Positions 32,425 through 42,819 of a DNA stretch of 64,000 nucleotides are shown one piece after another. Made by a program: the position numbers and the translations under genes. The first letter of the stretch is position 1. Each line of letters starts with the position of its first letter. Source of the DNA: Candidatus Thorarchaeota archaeon (GTDB lineage: Archaea > Asgardarchaeota > Thorarchaeia > Thorarchaeales > Thorarchaeaceae); NCBI GenBank assembly GCA_963726195.1, contig CAVSBO010000003.1, positions 224,001 to 288,000 on the forward strand, written 5' to 3'. Under the pieces are notes generated by a model. It was not told where the DNA came from. It saw only the letters and a list, made by a program, of their open reading frames with translations, and made no database searches.

Positions 32425-32693
32425 CTCTAAGCAGCCTAGTTCGTTCAAAAAACGCCTAGAGAAAAGGATTTGTCAGAGCACAGGCATCCACGTCTCTCCC
32501 GGCGAGATAGGCCTCGGGAACCGTCAAACCCCTCCTTTCTTGCTCAAGCCAATTCACACTGCAGCCGACAGTCTCCGCAAATGCTCCCTCTGTTTTCGTT
32601 CCTTTCGCAAGTCATAAGTCTGCAAAGCATAGCAGACACCCAACCATGCTAGTCAATTGAGAACATCCAAACAGACCAAGGATTAGTGGAGTC

Positions 32694-33575
32694 ATGCTCG
32701 AGTACGAAGGAACAATCTGGAGACCACCAAGCGAGGCAGAGAGCCTCATCCTTCAAGCCACAGTTGGTTGTTCTCACAATGCCTGTACGTTCTGTGTTTC
32801 TTACAAAGACCGCCCCTTCAGAGTCAGAGGTGCAGAAGGTATCGAAACAGACCTTTCATCCTTGACGCGTAATCAGAAGCTCGGGGTGACAAGAGTCTTC
32901 CTTGCCGACGGCAATGCTCTGACGATGGAGACCGAGGAAATGCTGAGCATACTCCGGATTCTGAAAAAGAATCTCCCGAACCTGAACAGAGTGGGCACCT
33001 ATGGTTATGCAAAAGATATCAGAACCAAGTCGGTTGAGCAATTGAAGCAGCTGCGAGACGCAGGTTTGGGAATTGTATACTTCGGTCTAGAGACAGGAGA
33101 CGACGAGATTCTAAGGCGGGTCCGCAAAGGAGTCAGCTCGACAGAGAACGTAGCCGCCTGCAGGAAAATCCGTGAGGCGGGCATTCCCCTGTCCATAACC
33201 ATCATTCTAGGATTGGGTGGTACAGAGCTCTCGGAGCGGCACGCGATTTCTACGGCGAAAGCACTCAACGCGATCGACCCTGACTACATAGGCGCATTGA
33301 CCCTCATGGTTCCCCACGGCACGCCGCTGTTTGAAACAGTCCAGAATGGCGGATTCAAACCGATGGGAGCCTTTGACGTCCTCAAAGAACTCAAGCTCTT
33401 GGTGGAGCATCTGGCACTCACTGAATGCATGTTCAGGACGAATCATGCGTCGAACTATCTCTCTGTCGGGGGAACTCTCAGCCGCGACAAGCAAGCCATG
33501 TTGTCTGTGCTGTCAAGGACCATTTCAGAACGGGACGAGACGGCTCTTCGCCCAAGCTACTTCAGAGGATTATAG
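32694..33575 (+). CDS. Radical SAM protein
   Basis: RPPSEA, GCSHNACTFC, FLADGN, GLETG, HASNY. Confidence 0.9.
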   Translation: MLEYEGTIWRPPSEAESLILQATVGCSHNACTFCVSYKDRPFRVRGAEGIETDLSSLTRNQKLGVTRVFLADGNALTMETEEMLSILRILKKNLPNLNRVGTYGYAKDIRTKSVEQLKQLRDAGLGIVYFGLETGDDEILRRVRKGVSSTENVAACRKIREAGIPLSITIILGLGGTELSERHAISTAKALNAIDPDYIGALTLMVPHGTPLFETVQNGGFKPMGAFDVLKELKLLVEHLALTECMFRTNHASNYLSVGGTLSRDKQAMLSVLSRTISERDETALRPSYFRGL

Positions 33576-33692
33576 GCCCATCATTTCTTCTATAGTTGCG
33601 TGAGAAAACCATTCAGAGACCAAATCCCTTGTGAGTCAGGCATAAAAGGAGGGTTGGACACTGGGTAGATGAACAACTCAGGCGGGGTCGCA

Positions 33693-34100
33693 ATGGTCGA
33701 CAAGATATATGTGATAACCTGCAACCAAGACCTAACCAGAATGGGTCTCGACAGAACCAGAACGGCCGTGGGTGGCCTAGAAGAGACAACCATCTCGCTC
33801 GACTGGTCGAGCTCGCGATTGGTACCTGTCATCGCAGCCGACAAGATGCCCTATCAAGTCGGAGAAACAAGAATCATAGGCATCAAACCGATATCAATCC
33901 CGCCATACTCCATGGTGTTCCAGTCATTCTACGGTGCGAATGGCATGGGCCACCTCTTTTGCATAGGTGCCCTTGAGTTCAAGTCGTTTGTCGAAGAGCG
34001 AACTGCAACAGTCGCCATGTTCCAGTCGAGAATCAAGTCTTCAGTACTGCCGGGTGACCTCTTGGGCCAAGTCATGGTCGTTCCCGGAAAGAAAAGATGA
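33693..34100 (+). CDS. DUF22-like archaeal protein
   Basis: GETRIIGIKPISIP, EER, GDLLG motifs. Confidence 0.65.
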   Translation: MVDKIYVITCNQDLTRMGLDRTRTAVGGLEETTISLDWSSSRLVPVIAADKMPYQVGETRIIGIKPISIPPYSMVFQSFYGANGMGHLFCIGALEFKSFVEERTATVAMFQSRIKSSVLPGDLLGQVMVVPGKKR

Positions 34101-34141
34101 GACCGTCCGTCTGTGCAGCACAGTGGCAATAGTAGAGCTCA

Positions 34142-34441
34142 TCAGAGCGAAACCACTCGGTCGTATCGCTCCATGATCAGATCAATCATTTCAGGATAGC
34201 CTACGAGATCAACGCCCGGTATTAGCCTACCACCGATGCCCCTCTCCGTCACATGTACCCGAGATGCGTGGACTGCAACACCTAGTTTCTGAATGCCCTT
34301 GGAGAGAGGGTTGCCTTTGTCAGCCTGAAAGACTCCGTCTTGCACCAAGAGAAGTCCAGCCTCAGTTCCCTGCTTCTTCAGGCCTTCGACGATCTCGCTC
34401 AGACATGAGCACTCCCCCGCCAGCCAGATTAGTACTTTCAT
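34142..34441 (-). CDS. dsrH: DsrH/TusB-like sulfur relay protein
   Basis: LLLVQDGV, ERGI, YPEMIDLI; third gene of the operon. Confidence 0.8.
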   Translation of the reverse strand: MKVLIWLAGECSCLSEIVEGLKKQGTEAGLLLVQDGVFQADKGNPLSKGIQKLGVAVHASRVHVTERGIGGRLIPGVDLVGYPEMIDLIMERYDRVVSL

Positions 34442-34457
34442 TGTGCTTTCTCTCCTC

Positions 34458-34807
34458 TCAGAAGGTCAGGACTATCTCGTTCTCGTTCAGCAACGCGCCA
34501 ATACCTGCAGTGTCAAGCACATCCACTTCCTCGAAGAGCTCCTCGCGCGTAATGCCTCTCTCTTCCAGAATATCTTGCTCGCACACTTGCGGCCTCCGAA
34601 ACCCTCGTACGTCGACTTGAACATGCGAATGGGTTTGTCATCAGCAGCTTTCATCAGAGAATACACCCCGTCGCCCATGAACAGGAGAGTGGGTTGATGG
34701 TCCATTCCATACATCCCAACAGCGGCCCGCCAGCCCTCGAAGTTGGCAATCTTCCCGTAAGGTTTGCTGCGCACTAGAACTAGGATCTTCCGTTCTTTGA
34801 ACTGCAC
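34458..34807 (-). CDS. dsrF: DsrF/TusC-like protein (frameshift near 34575)
   Basis: PYG, FMGDGVY; the shifted frame gives LEERGI...NEIVLTF with stop at 34458. Confidence 0.75.
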
Positions 34808-34819
34808 CTCACCATCCTC

Positions 34820-35185
34820 CTAGATCGTGAACGTGATGAATCTGTCACACTGACCAACGATTTCTCCAAATTCAGTGAGGCCGGACACAGTCACACCTTG
34901 GGTAAAGTCACTGCCATCTTGAACAAACCCTCGGGCGGAGGTGCAGAGACCACAGGCTTGGAACTCTACGCCTGCGTCTGCAAGCTCTTGAAACATCTGA
35001 TTCATAGGTCGCTCAGGATCCGGATCCTGATTCAGCTTGGCATTATTCACCCCATCTATGAACAGAAACACCTTGACCTTGTATCCCTTAGTCAGGGCAG
35101 CCTTCGCCAACTCATACAGAGTTCGGCTATTCTGAAAAGTGTAAGGTCCGGTTTGAAGTAAGAAGCCTAGAGTCTTGGTCTCCAC
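34820..35185 (-). CDS. dsrE: DsrE/TusD-like sulfurtransferase
   Basis: GPY, FLFIDGV, ACGLCTSARG (carrier Cys), SGL. Confidence 0.85.
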   Translation of the reverse strand: METKTLGFLLQTGPYTFQNSRTLYELAKAALTKGYKVKVFLFIDGVNNAKLNQDPDPERPMNQMFQELADAGVEFQACGLCTSARGFVQDGSDFTQGVTVSGLTEFGEIVGQCDRFITFTI

Positions 35186-35301
35186 GGTAAATCGACCTCG
35201 CTGGCATGAGCGGCGCTAACCTCTCAGTTAAAAACCAATCCAAAACCAAAAGAGCATGATAATGTCAGTGCTTTTGCACCCCTGGGGCGGGATTCCGGTA
35301 G

Positions 35302-36372
35302 ATGACCAAGACGACTATATCATATCACACCAAAGACGGTGGAGTGAGGCAGGCCGAGTTCGAGGATAACACGACTTCCTTCGATCTCAGTCGCCTACAA
35401 GCAGTGGACATTGACCTAGGTCCGATTTCCGAGGCCGCCAACCTAGAGGAGCTTCTGCTGGCCTCCAACAAGCTGAAGGCCGTCGACCTGACGCCTCTTG
35501 CAGACTGTGCGAGCCTCCAAGTGCTCAGCCTTCTGAAAAATCGTCTGCAGGACCTCAGTCTCAAGGGACTTGAGGGATGCACCGCTCTTAGGGAACTGAA
35601 TCTTGGCGGCAATGAACTCAAGAGGATTGATCTTAGCCCGCTTGGCAAGTCTGTCAATCTTGAGCGACTTAGGATGTTCGGTAACCAGATAGAGAAGCTC
35701 GACCTCAAGCCATTGTCGAAATGCACGAGCCTTCAGTACTTAGAACTTGAAACGAATCATCTTGAGAAGGTTGACTTGGGTCCGTTGCGTGAGTGCCGCA
35801 ACCTCGTGCAACTGAACTTGATGTACAATTCGCTGACCGAGATTAATCTCGGACCGCTCAAGGCGTGCACCAAGCTAAAGTTCCTGTACGTACAACACAA
35901 CGCCCTCAGTACTCTGGACCTGAGCCCGCTTGAGACCTGCAAAGATCTCACCATCTTGAGATTGGGCAACAATGACATTAAGTCAATAGACTTGGAACCG
36001 CTATGGAAGTGCGCTGGGCTGAGGCGGCTTGAGCTGGCAATGAACAATCTTCAGTCGATCGACCTCACGCCGCTTTCAAGCTGTACGGAGCTTAGGGGAT
36101 TGGACATTGCCGGGAATCTTCTCACAACGATAGACCTCACGCCCCTGTCCGACTGTGAGGCTCTTGAGGAGTTGTACCTCTACTCTGACCATCCCCACGA
36201 GAATCAGTTCACAGAATTGGACCTGACACCTCTCTTCTCGTGCAAGAACCTTGAAGACGTGGGCCTACCTGAATCGGTCGACCTGACCGCTGAATCAACC
36301 GCAAAGGGGCGGAAGGATATTCCATCTGCTCTCAGAGAGCTAATTGATGAAGATAGAATAAGCTGGACCTAG
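35302..36372 (+). CDS. Leucine-rich repeat protein (22-aa LxxLxLxxNxLxxIDLxPL repeats)
   Basis: About 12-13 regular repeats; no signal peptide. Confidence 0.9.
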   Translation: MTKTTISYHTKDGGVRQAEFEDNTTSFDLSRLQAVDIDLGPISEAANLEELLLASNKLKAVDLTPLADCASLQVLSLLKNRLQDLSLKGLEGCTALRELNLGGNELKRIDLSPLGKSVNLERLRMFGNQIEKLDLKPLSKCTSLQYLELETNHLEKVDLGPLRECRNLVQLNLMYNSLTEINLGPLKACTKLKFLYVQHNALSTLDLSPLETCKDLTILRLGNNDIKSIDLEPLWKCAGLRRLELAMNNLQSIDLTPLSSCTELRGLDIAGNLLTTIDLTPLSDCEALEELYLYSDHPHENQFTELDLTPLFSCKNLEDVGLPESVDLTAESTAKGRKDIPSALRELIDEDRISWT

Positions 36373-36587
36373 TAGGACTACTCGCAAGGACTCTATGTAG
36401 TCGCGGCTTTGTTCAATGGCGCAATTATCGAGAATGCTTTTTCATCGCGACAACAATCGAAGTCTCATTCGGCGCGTTTTCCAAGTCCCATTCAGGAGCT
36501 GCAATGCTCTCTCCGTCAATGATATATACCGAGATAACACGGCGGCCAATATCGGGCTTAAATGGCCTAGTACGTTGTGCATGGTGA

Positions 36588-36821
36588 ATGCAAATGTCGA
36601 CCATAGATCTTCGTGCGAAAGAGCTGAAGAGACTTGCCTCTCTCTATGAAGAATATCTCAATTCGCCTTTGGGGAAGGGAGTACTGGATAGGTTGCGAGA
36701 GGGCGAGTCCTTCATGATGAAGACACAAGATGATGTCATCCGGTTCACGAAGACACAAGGCAAAGCAGTGGTCTATGTCACGAAGACTAGCCCGCAAACC
36801 GGGCAGTCACTTACTCGTTAG
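36588..36821 (+). CDS. Small hypothetical protein
   Basis: Natural composition; TTAAAT box upstream. Confidence 0.55.
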   Translation: MQMSTIDLRAKELKRLASLYEEYLNSPLGKGVLDRLREGESFMMKTQDDVIRFTKTQGKAVVYVTKTSPQTGQSLTR

Positions 36822-37634
36822 TTGATACCTTCCGAGCCACGAAGAGAAGGTAAGCGGCGCGGCGGTTTGCAGGACTGTGCCAGCGCATCAGAGATTCTGT
36901 TCTCGCCACTAGACTCTGCATGATGCCAAAGGCCTCAGAATCTGAGTGTATGTAAGAAGGCCTGACTAGATAGAACACGCCTCCGCTGTCTATCAGACGA
37001 AAACCAGAGTCGCTCAGTGCGTCTTCAACCTCATTGCGGTCAAAGAATCGCGTCCACACTGATTTTCCTACCTCCTTCATTTCGAGCTCTTCCAAACAGT
37101 CCTAGCACCGTGCGACTTTGCCTGGGCATGACGAAGGCCCAGTCTGTTTGCTAGAGAAAAGAAGAGCCAGCCCCTAGCGGAGAGAACATGGTTCAACCCC
37201 TGCAAAGCTCTTGTCAGGTTCTTTACGTGATTGAAGGCCCCGAAGGTTGAGTATGCAAAATCGAACGCACCCAACATAGGAGGCAAGTCTTCTATGTTTG
37301 CAGCATGAAATTGAGTTCGCGATTCCACGCCAGCGTCTTCGGCCTTGAGCCGAGCTATGGATATCATGTCCGGTGATATGTCAACACCAACCACTTCATT
37401 GCCAAGATTCGCAAGCCTGGCTGCTAGAGACCCTGTGCCACAGCCCAAGTCGAGTAACCTTAGGCGTCTTCCCTTTGTGTACCTGCTGATAACTGACCAC
37501 TCAACCTGCTTCATGTACTCGATGCTGGGGTTTCTATACTTCAGGTCGTAGATAGGGGCTAGGCTGTCGTAGAACTGTATGAGGTTCTTCTGAAGTGCTT
37601 CCTCGGAAGGTTCTGCCAACATACCGTTCTCCAT
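36811..37634 (-). CDS. Class I SAM-dependent methyltransferase (frameshift near 37100)
   Basis: YDSLAPIYD, LDLGCGTG, GVDISPDM, FDFAYS; C-terminus continues in ORF 36811..37095. Confidence 0.85.
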
Positions 37635-37718
37635 ACTACCTGTTGTCCTGCAGCATTCTGACCTATCAAAGTGAATATATGTCTGAGCGCCATTAAGCTA
37701 CCGACAGGTTGGATACCC

Positions 37719-38372
37719 TTGGTAGTCGAGATAGATGAGCCAACAAAACTGCAGTTGCAGCAGATACTGAGCGGCCTTGACCACGAAGTCACTCTTCACT
37801 TGTTCACAGATGGCGCAGAGTGCTTGTTCTGCAATGACACAAAGGACCTAGTGAACAAGATATCTGCGCTTTCAGAGAAGATCAAGGTTGTGCCGCATGA
37901 GGGCCCTCCGAAGAAAGGAAAGAACCCCTTGGGTGTTCAACGAACTCCCGCGATTGTCATGCATGGCGTAGAGGAGTACAAAGTGAAGTACTTCGGTATT
38001 CCCGTTGGCCACGAATTCGGTGCTTTCGTTACGGGCATTGTTGACGTTTCAACCCGTGCAATCGCGCTTGCATCAGACATTGCGGAGGACATCAAGGCCA
38101 TTGCGAAGCCAGTCAATGTGAAAGTGTTTACGACCCCGCAGTGCCCGTATTGTCCTCAGATGGTGAGACTCACTTGGCAGGCTGCGATTCTCAATCCCCT
38201 CATAGAAGGGGAGGTTTACGAGTCCCTCGAGTTCCAAGATTTGGTAAAACGATACGAAGTCTTCGGAACTCCCAAGACTGTCATCAATGACAAAATCATG
38301 TTGGAGGGATTGGTCCAGCCTGGAGTGTTCGTCGATAAACTGTACGAAGCGGCCGGTGGGGGCGGCGCCTAA
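37719..38372 (+). CDS. Protein-disulfide oxidoreductase (PDO, two thioredoxin folds)
   Basis: CLFC and CPYC motifs, GIPVGHEF. Confidence 0.9.
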   Translation: MVVEIDEPTKLQLQQILSGLDHEVTLHLFTDGAECLFCNDTKDLVNKISALSEKIKVVPHEGPPKKGKNPLGVQRTPAIVMHGVEEYKVKYFGIPVGHEFGAFVTGIVDVSTRAIALASDIAEDIKAIAKPVNVKVFTTPQCPYCPQMVRLTWQAAILNPLIEGEVYESLEFQDLVKRYEVFGTPKTVINDKIMLEGLVQPGVFVDKLYEAAGGGGA

Positions 38373-38465
38373 CTGCAGAGCTCTGGTAGATGTTCACCGA
38401 CTGCAAATCCACAACTCTTCTGCACGCTTCTGCCTCGGACTCTCGAAAAAGTCGCTACTCCACAA

Positions 38466-39404
38466 TCACTCAGACTGTTGACATGTGAAGACGAACTCAT
38501 GCTCGTTCACATAACGGTATGCTTGGTATGCGGCGTGAACGCCCTCTGCGACTCCCGTTATGGCTTGTTTGAACTCAGTATCAGCAACGTCACCTGCTGC
38601 GAAGACGCCAGGCACGTTCGTACGACTTGAACGGTCAATGATGATTTCGCCGTTCTGGTTCAGCGCGACGCCAAGCTTCTTTGCCAAGTGCGAAACTGGG
38701 ATTCCACCAATCGATATGAACAGACCCTGAACGCTTAGATTGCTGCTTCCATCGAACGCCTTGTCCAGCTTGACAGACTTTACGCTTTGATCTCCTTGAA
38801 CTGCGGTCACGTTTGTGCCGGTGATAACCTGTATCTTCGGCTCCTTCTCGACACGAGCACCATTAATCGGCTCGGGCCTTATTCTCTCGCCGCGATATAT
38901 CATGTAGACTTTCTTGCATTGGCGCGCAAGCAAGAGGGCCTCCTTTGCTGCGCTGTCGCTTCCACCTACAACGGCCACGACCTTGTCCTTGAACAGTGGA
39001 GCATCACACAACGCACAATATGAGATTCCTTTGTTTCTGAATTCATTGTGGCCCGGGACCTCAAGCTCTCTTTCCTTCATACCTGTCGCAATCAGGACTG
39101 ACTTCGCCAAGAACGTCTTGCTCCCCGTTACCACATACAGCAGCCCTTCCTTGCTTCTGAAGAGATCCTCGACCTTCACTGATTCCGTGTCTACTGGATA
39201 ACCTAGTGCATGTGTCTTCAGTTTCTCGGCGAGTTCCTTGCCGGTAAGCTGGGCGAAGCCGGGATAGTTCGCCACGTCGTCAGTTAGTGTGATCTTGCCT
39301 CCCTCGATTTCACCGATCACAATGCATGACATGCTCAGCCGCGCTGCGTACATCGCAGCCGCATACCCTGTAACACCTGCACCGATTACAGCGAAGTCGT
39401 ACAC
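38466..39404 (-). CDS. trxB: Thioredoxin reductase
   Basis: GAGVTG, NYPG, GISYCALCD, GGSDSA, FAAGD, QAITG. Confidence 0.9.
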   Translation of the reverse strand: MYDFAVIGAGVTGYAAAMYAARLSMSCIVIGEIEGGKITLTDDVANYPGFAQLTGKELAEKLKTHALGYPVDTESVKVEDLFRSKEGLLYVVTGSKTFLAKSVLIATGMKERELEVPGHNEFRNKGISYCALCDAPLFKDKVVAVVGGSDSAAKEALLLARQCKKVYMIYRGERIRPEPINGARVEKEPKIQVITGTNVTAVQGDQSVKSVKLDKAFDGSSNLSVQGLFISIGGIPVSHLAKKLGVALNQNGEIIIDRSSRTNVPGVFAAGDVADTEFKQAITGVAEGVHAAYQAYRYVNEHEFVFTCQQSE

Positions 39405-39406
39405 AG

Positions 39407-39652
39407 CTACTTTCCTCCAAGCTTTCTTTCCAATCTTCGTTGAACACGAGAGTCAAAACCGATGAAGACCTCGCCATCGATTAGTGCAACTGGCACAGCC
39501 CTCTGTTTGCTAACTGCAATAAGCTCGGCAAGAGAATCAGGATTTGTTAGGACGCACTTCTCTTCAAGGGTGACGCCCTTGTCAGAAAGAAACTTCTTCA
39601 TTCTCTTTGAATGAGGACACTGCGGCGCGGTATAGATGACTCCTTTGACCAT
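39407..39652 (-). CDS. Glutaredoxin/NrdH-like protein (CPHS, monothiol)
   Basis: YTAPQCPHS, AVPV..IDG..IGFD. Confidence 0.85.
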   Translation of the reverse strand: MVKGVIYTAPQCPHSKRMKKFLSDKGVTLEEKCVLTNPDSLAELIAVSKQRAVPVALIDGEVFIGFDSRVQRRLERKLGGK

Positions 39653-39825
39653 GGTGGCACGCTCCATGTGAGGAACAACAATCAGAATTGCGGATGATGG
39701 CTCAGAAAGATGGAGCATGCACTGTCAGATATATCTTATGAAAAAGACTAGTAGCGCGGCCGATAGGTAAACATCTTAAGACCGAGCACTATTGGCAAGT
39801 ACAGCTAACCTCCGGAGGACCAGAG

Positions 39826-40302
39826 ATGGACAAAACACAGACACTTGCCTTCATTACAAAGGCAATCGAGATGGAGAACAAGATTCTAGCCGTCGTTGAA
39901 CAGAACACGGCAAAGCTAGGCCACGTCTTTGTGAAGGACCTGCTGCTTGCAATCGCACAGGATTCCAAGAAACATGCTGCACTCTTGAAATCACTCCAAG
40001 AAGCGGTTAAGGGCCCGACGCCTTTCATAACACAGCGAGAGCGTGATTCCATCGCCAAGGGCATCGAGGAACACATCAAACTTGAAGCAAAGGCTGTGGA
40101 AACCTATGGAGAACTCGCTGACAAGAGCGACAGTCAGCAGGTGAAAATCATCGCCCAGTTAATCAGAGAGGACGAACTCAGGCACCATGCTATGCTCAAG
40201 GAACTACACAAGACAGTCATTGAACCTGAGACCCTGACGGAAGACATTATCTACGAACTCATATGGAAAGACGCACCTTGGCATGGAACGCCAGGTGGCT
40301 AA
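39826..40302 (+). CDS. Ferritin/rubrerythrin-like di-iron protein
   Basis: Two E...D/ExxH helix pairs (DSKKH, DELRH). Confidence 0.8.
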   Translation: MDKTQTLAFITKAIEMENKILAVVEQNTAKLGHVFVKDLLLAIAQDSKKHAALLKSLQEAVKGPTPFITQRERDSIAKGIEEHIKLEAKAVETYGELADKSDSQQVKIIAQLIREDELRHHAMLKELHKTVIEPETLTEDIIYELIWKDAPWHGTPGG

Positions 40303-40480
40303 GGACTGACCCTCGGCCAATCGCCTCGCTCAACCAATCGCAAGAGACCACAATCGTGGTGAATCTCCATAAAGGAAGACAGCAGCATCGTTTGTCGTGC
40401 GACGTAGGAGAACGTCGTTCCTGAGGGAGTTGGACCCCAATCTGCCCTCACATTATCGCACGAATGAAGACGAGTGTTTG

Positions 40481-41029
40481 TTATTTAGTTCCACAAGCGT
40501 TGTCAATCATCTCTCTGAACATGAGATCAAGCTGTTGAATTCCGACACCGGTCTTGGCTGATATGAGAGCTGACTGAGTCCCGAACTTCTTGCAGAAATC
40601 GTCCATCTCCTTCTCAACTTCCTGCAGAGAACCGGGTTTCAGGTCAATCTTGTTTCCGACAAGAATGAACCGTTTGCCGTCTCCCTTCGCAAAATCGAAT
40701 GAACCATTTTTCTCCACTGTTGGTACCCAGTAGTTGTATAGACTCTCTAGACTGGACATCCGTGTGACATCAAAGAAGAACAGACCAATCTTGGCGCCCT
40801 TGATCATGGTCTTCAGAGTCTCAATGAAACGTTCTTGGCCGCCGAAGTCCCAGATGCTGAGAACACATTCGCCTCCAGCAGGTGTCGTGATCTTCATAGT
40901 ATCGAACGAGGCACCTATCGTCGTCTTCAGCAACATGGGGTCAGGGAAGGTTCCCCTTGTCCACCTTGACGTGAATGAGGTCTTGCCGACTTCTGTATCT
41001 CCGAGAACGACGACCTTGATGATGCCCAT
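40481..41029 (-). CDS. Rab-like small GTPase
   Basis: G1 GDTEVGKT, G2 TTIGASF, G3 WDFGGQERF, G4 NKID, G5 SAK; true start ATG 41029. Confidence 0.93.
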   Translation of the reverse strand: MGIIKVVVLGDTEVGKTSFTSRWTRGTFPDPMLLKTTIGASFDTMKITTPAGGECVLSIWDFGGQERFIETLKTMIKGAKIGLFFFDVTRMSSLESLYNYWVPTVEKNGSFDFAKGDGKRFILVGNKIDLKPGSLQEVEKEMDDFCKKFGTQSALISAKTGVGIQQLDLMFREMIDNACGTK

Positions 41030-41064
41030 AGCCGATTCCACGCTCGCCCGGCAACCCGATTCTA

Positions 41065-42423
41065 TTATGCTTTTCTGAATATTGCGAATCCTCTTGGACT
41101 GCTGGCTATCAACATCAGCCCTGCTCCAATCATGAGAGGCACAAGCAGCAGCAACGGAATGCGGTCCGCAAACATGGCAACTATGCCGATTGCCAGAGAT
41201 GCGAACATGAATGACTCGAATCTGGCTCCAGCTCTTCCGGAACCAACCCGACGCAGTTGAAGAGCTACAACTGAAAGGCCAACGAAGCCCAGAAGAATCA
41301 GAAGCAGGACTGGAACATAGAGAGGATTCAAGTTGTACCGGCCATCCTGAACAAAGGGATGACCTAGAGTCGCCAGGATTATTCCAAACCCTAGGATGAT
41401 GTCTCTTGAAGCGCTCCGAATCCGCTCTGAAACATTCGCTGAGACTGCTGCCATTAGGAATGTGGATACTCCGAAGACCCCAAATATCCAATCAAGGTAG
41501 AGAATGGCCGGGTCCCAGTTGTCAAATCCTATAATGCCCGAGAAGGCGATGGCAAAGTTGTTGGAGTGAGTAATCGCTAACAGAGCAACGAACACGAGCG
41601 TGTAGCTTATGTAGGTCGGCGTTTTTGCTCTGGTTGCTTGGGCCTGGTCTACGAAGAATTCCATAGGCAAAACCGTGCAACTCCCTGCGAATGCTGCCAC
41701 GAGAGCAAAAGCCCAGATTTCGACGTTGCCTCCTAGGTAGGCTGGCACTGCCAAGCTCACCCCAACAGTGACGGCTAGCAACACGATGGAAAGCGATATG
41801 ATTCTTCTCCACGGCTTCAGAATTGAACCGAGAATCGCCGCCACGAGAACGGCCGGTGCAGCCACCAACATGAAGAACTGTGGTGACAGTCCGGGTATGT
41901 TAATCTCAAAGGCAAGCTCATTCATCAGGCCTAGTATGGTGGCGGCAAGGATTGACACTGAGAAAGCAGAAGGTGAGATTTTGATGAGGTACAGTCCGGC
42001 CATCGTCGTGCAGAGAAAGAAGCCAAGGGGCACAACAACTGTCGTTAACGGCTGGACCACTGGGCCAAATACAAGGAAGACGTACACTTCGTCCACAGCC
42101 GCAGCAGCTATGACGAAGGATATGATTGCTGCGAGCAGTCTGAATCTTTTCTCCGAAGAAACTATGAGACTAAGTTGAGCCATGAGCAGGGATCCAAGCA
42201 GAAGGATTTCCCATATCGTTGTAAGTGACCCTTCGATTATGACTTGAAGCTCGAGAAGACCCAACGACACGCCGGCTACGAGAACCATGATGAGAGCTCG
42301 CGCGGTCTGCGGACTGACCTTACGGTACGTGCTCCTAAGTCGGAGAGCATACACGCAGGCGGCCAAGAATACCTCTAGGCTCGACAGCATTACACCAATA
42401 AAGAAAGACAACGCGAAATCCAT
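41065..42423 (-). CDS. Polytopic membrane protein (~15 TM), unknown function
   Basis: About 15 hydrophobic helices with short basic loops; GGAGG SD. Confidence 0.8.
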   Translation of the reverse strand: MDFALSFFIGVMLSSLEVFLAACVYALRLRSTYRKVSPQTARALIMVLVAGVSLGLLELQVIIEGSLTTIWEILLLGSLLMAQLSLIVSSEKRFRLLAAIISFVIAAAAVDEVYVFLVFGPVVQPLTTVVVPLGFFLCTTMAGLYLIKISPSAFSVSILAATILGLMNELAFEINIPGLSPQFFMLVAAPAVLVAAILGSILKPWRRIISLSIVLLAVTVGVSLAVPAYLGGNVEIWAFALVAAFAGSCTVLPMEFFVDQAQATRAKTPTYISYTLVFVALLAITHSNNFAIAFSGIIGFDNWDPAILYLDWIFGVFGVSTFLMAAVSANVSERIRSASRDIILGFGIILATLGHPFVQDGRYNLNPLYVPVLLLILLGFVGLSVVALQLRRVGSGRAGARFESFMFASLAIGIVAMFADRIPLLLLVPLMIGAGLMLIASSPRGFAIFRKA

Positions 42424-42441
42424 CGACTCTGTTCCTCCATT

Positions 42442-42819
42442 CTATCTCCAAAGGTCACCGATTTCCTTCCCTCTCTTTTGCACGGTCCTTTCAATCTTGG
42501 ATTTCAGCTGTTCACCTGAAGCATCCGGACTAGCGAGCACGGCCTTGAGAGCATCACCGGTCTCAGCCTCTGTGTCACCCTCGCAGATGACGACATGCCC
42601 ATCCAAGCCACAGTAACCGATGACACCTTTGTCGGATTTCATGAACCTTGGAATCCTAATTCCTGTGTCTCGCGTGCCAGACCTCTCCAGTGCAGCCGAC
42701 ACGAGTTGGACAATTCCGGTGAGCAGAGCAATTCTCTCTTCTTCTACCTGCGTATGGGGATAGAGAACCGTAGAGGTCAGGTCGGCCAGTTTCACCTTGG
42801 CGACAAGTCTTACTACCGT
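42442..42819 (-). CDS. Small longin/roadblock-like alpha-beta protein
   Basis: Pattern strand-strand-helix(LLTGIVQLV)-strand x3-helix-helix; start is either GTG 42795 or in-frame ACG 42819. Confidence 0.55.
   Translation of the reverse strand, partial: TVVRLVAKVKLADLTSTVLYPHTQVEEERIALLTGIVQLVSAALERSGTRDTGIRIPRFMKSDKGVIGYCGLDGHVVICEGDTEAETGDALKAVLASPDASGEQLKSKIERTVQKRGKEIGDLWR

Noticed and set aside
35302-36372. LRR protein as a novelty
   Set aside because: This IDLxPL LRR type is, to my knowledge, a common expanded family in Thorarchaeota; no extra domain is visible here
41030-41491. 154-aa N-terminal extension of the GTPase in the ORF track
   Set aside because: Out-of-frame overlap with the membrane-protein gene; the G-domain starts at ATG 41029
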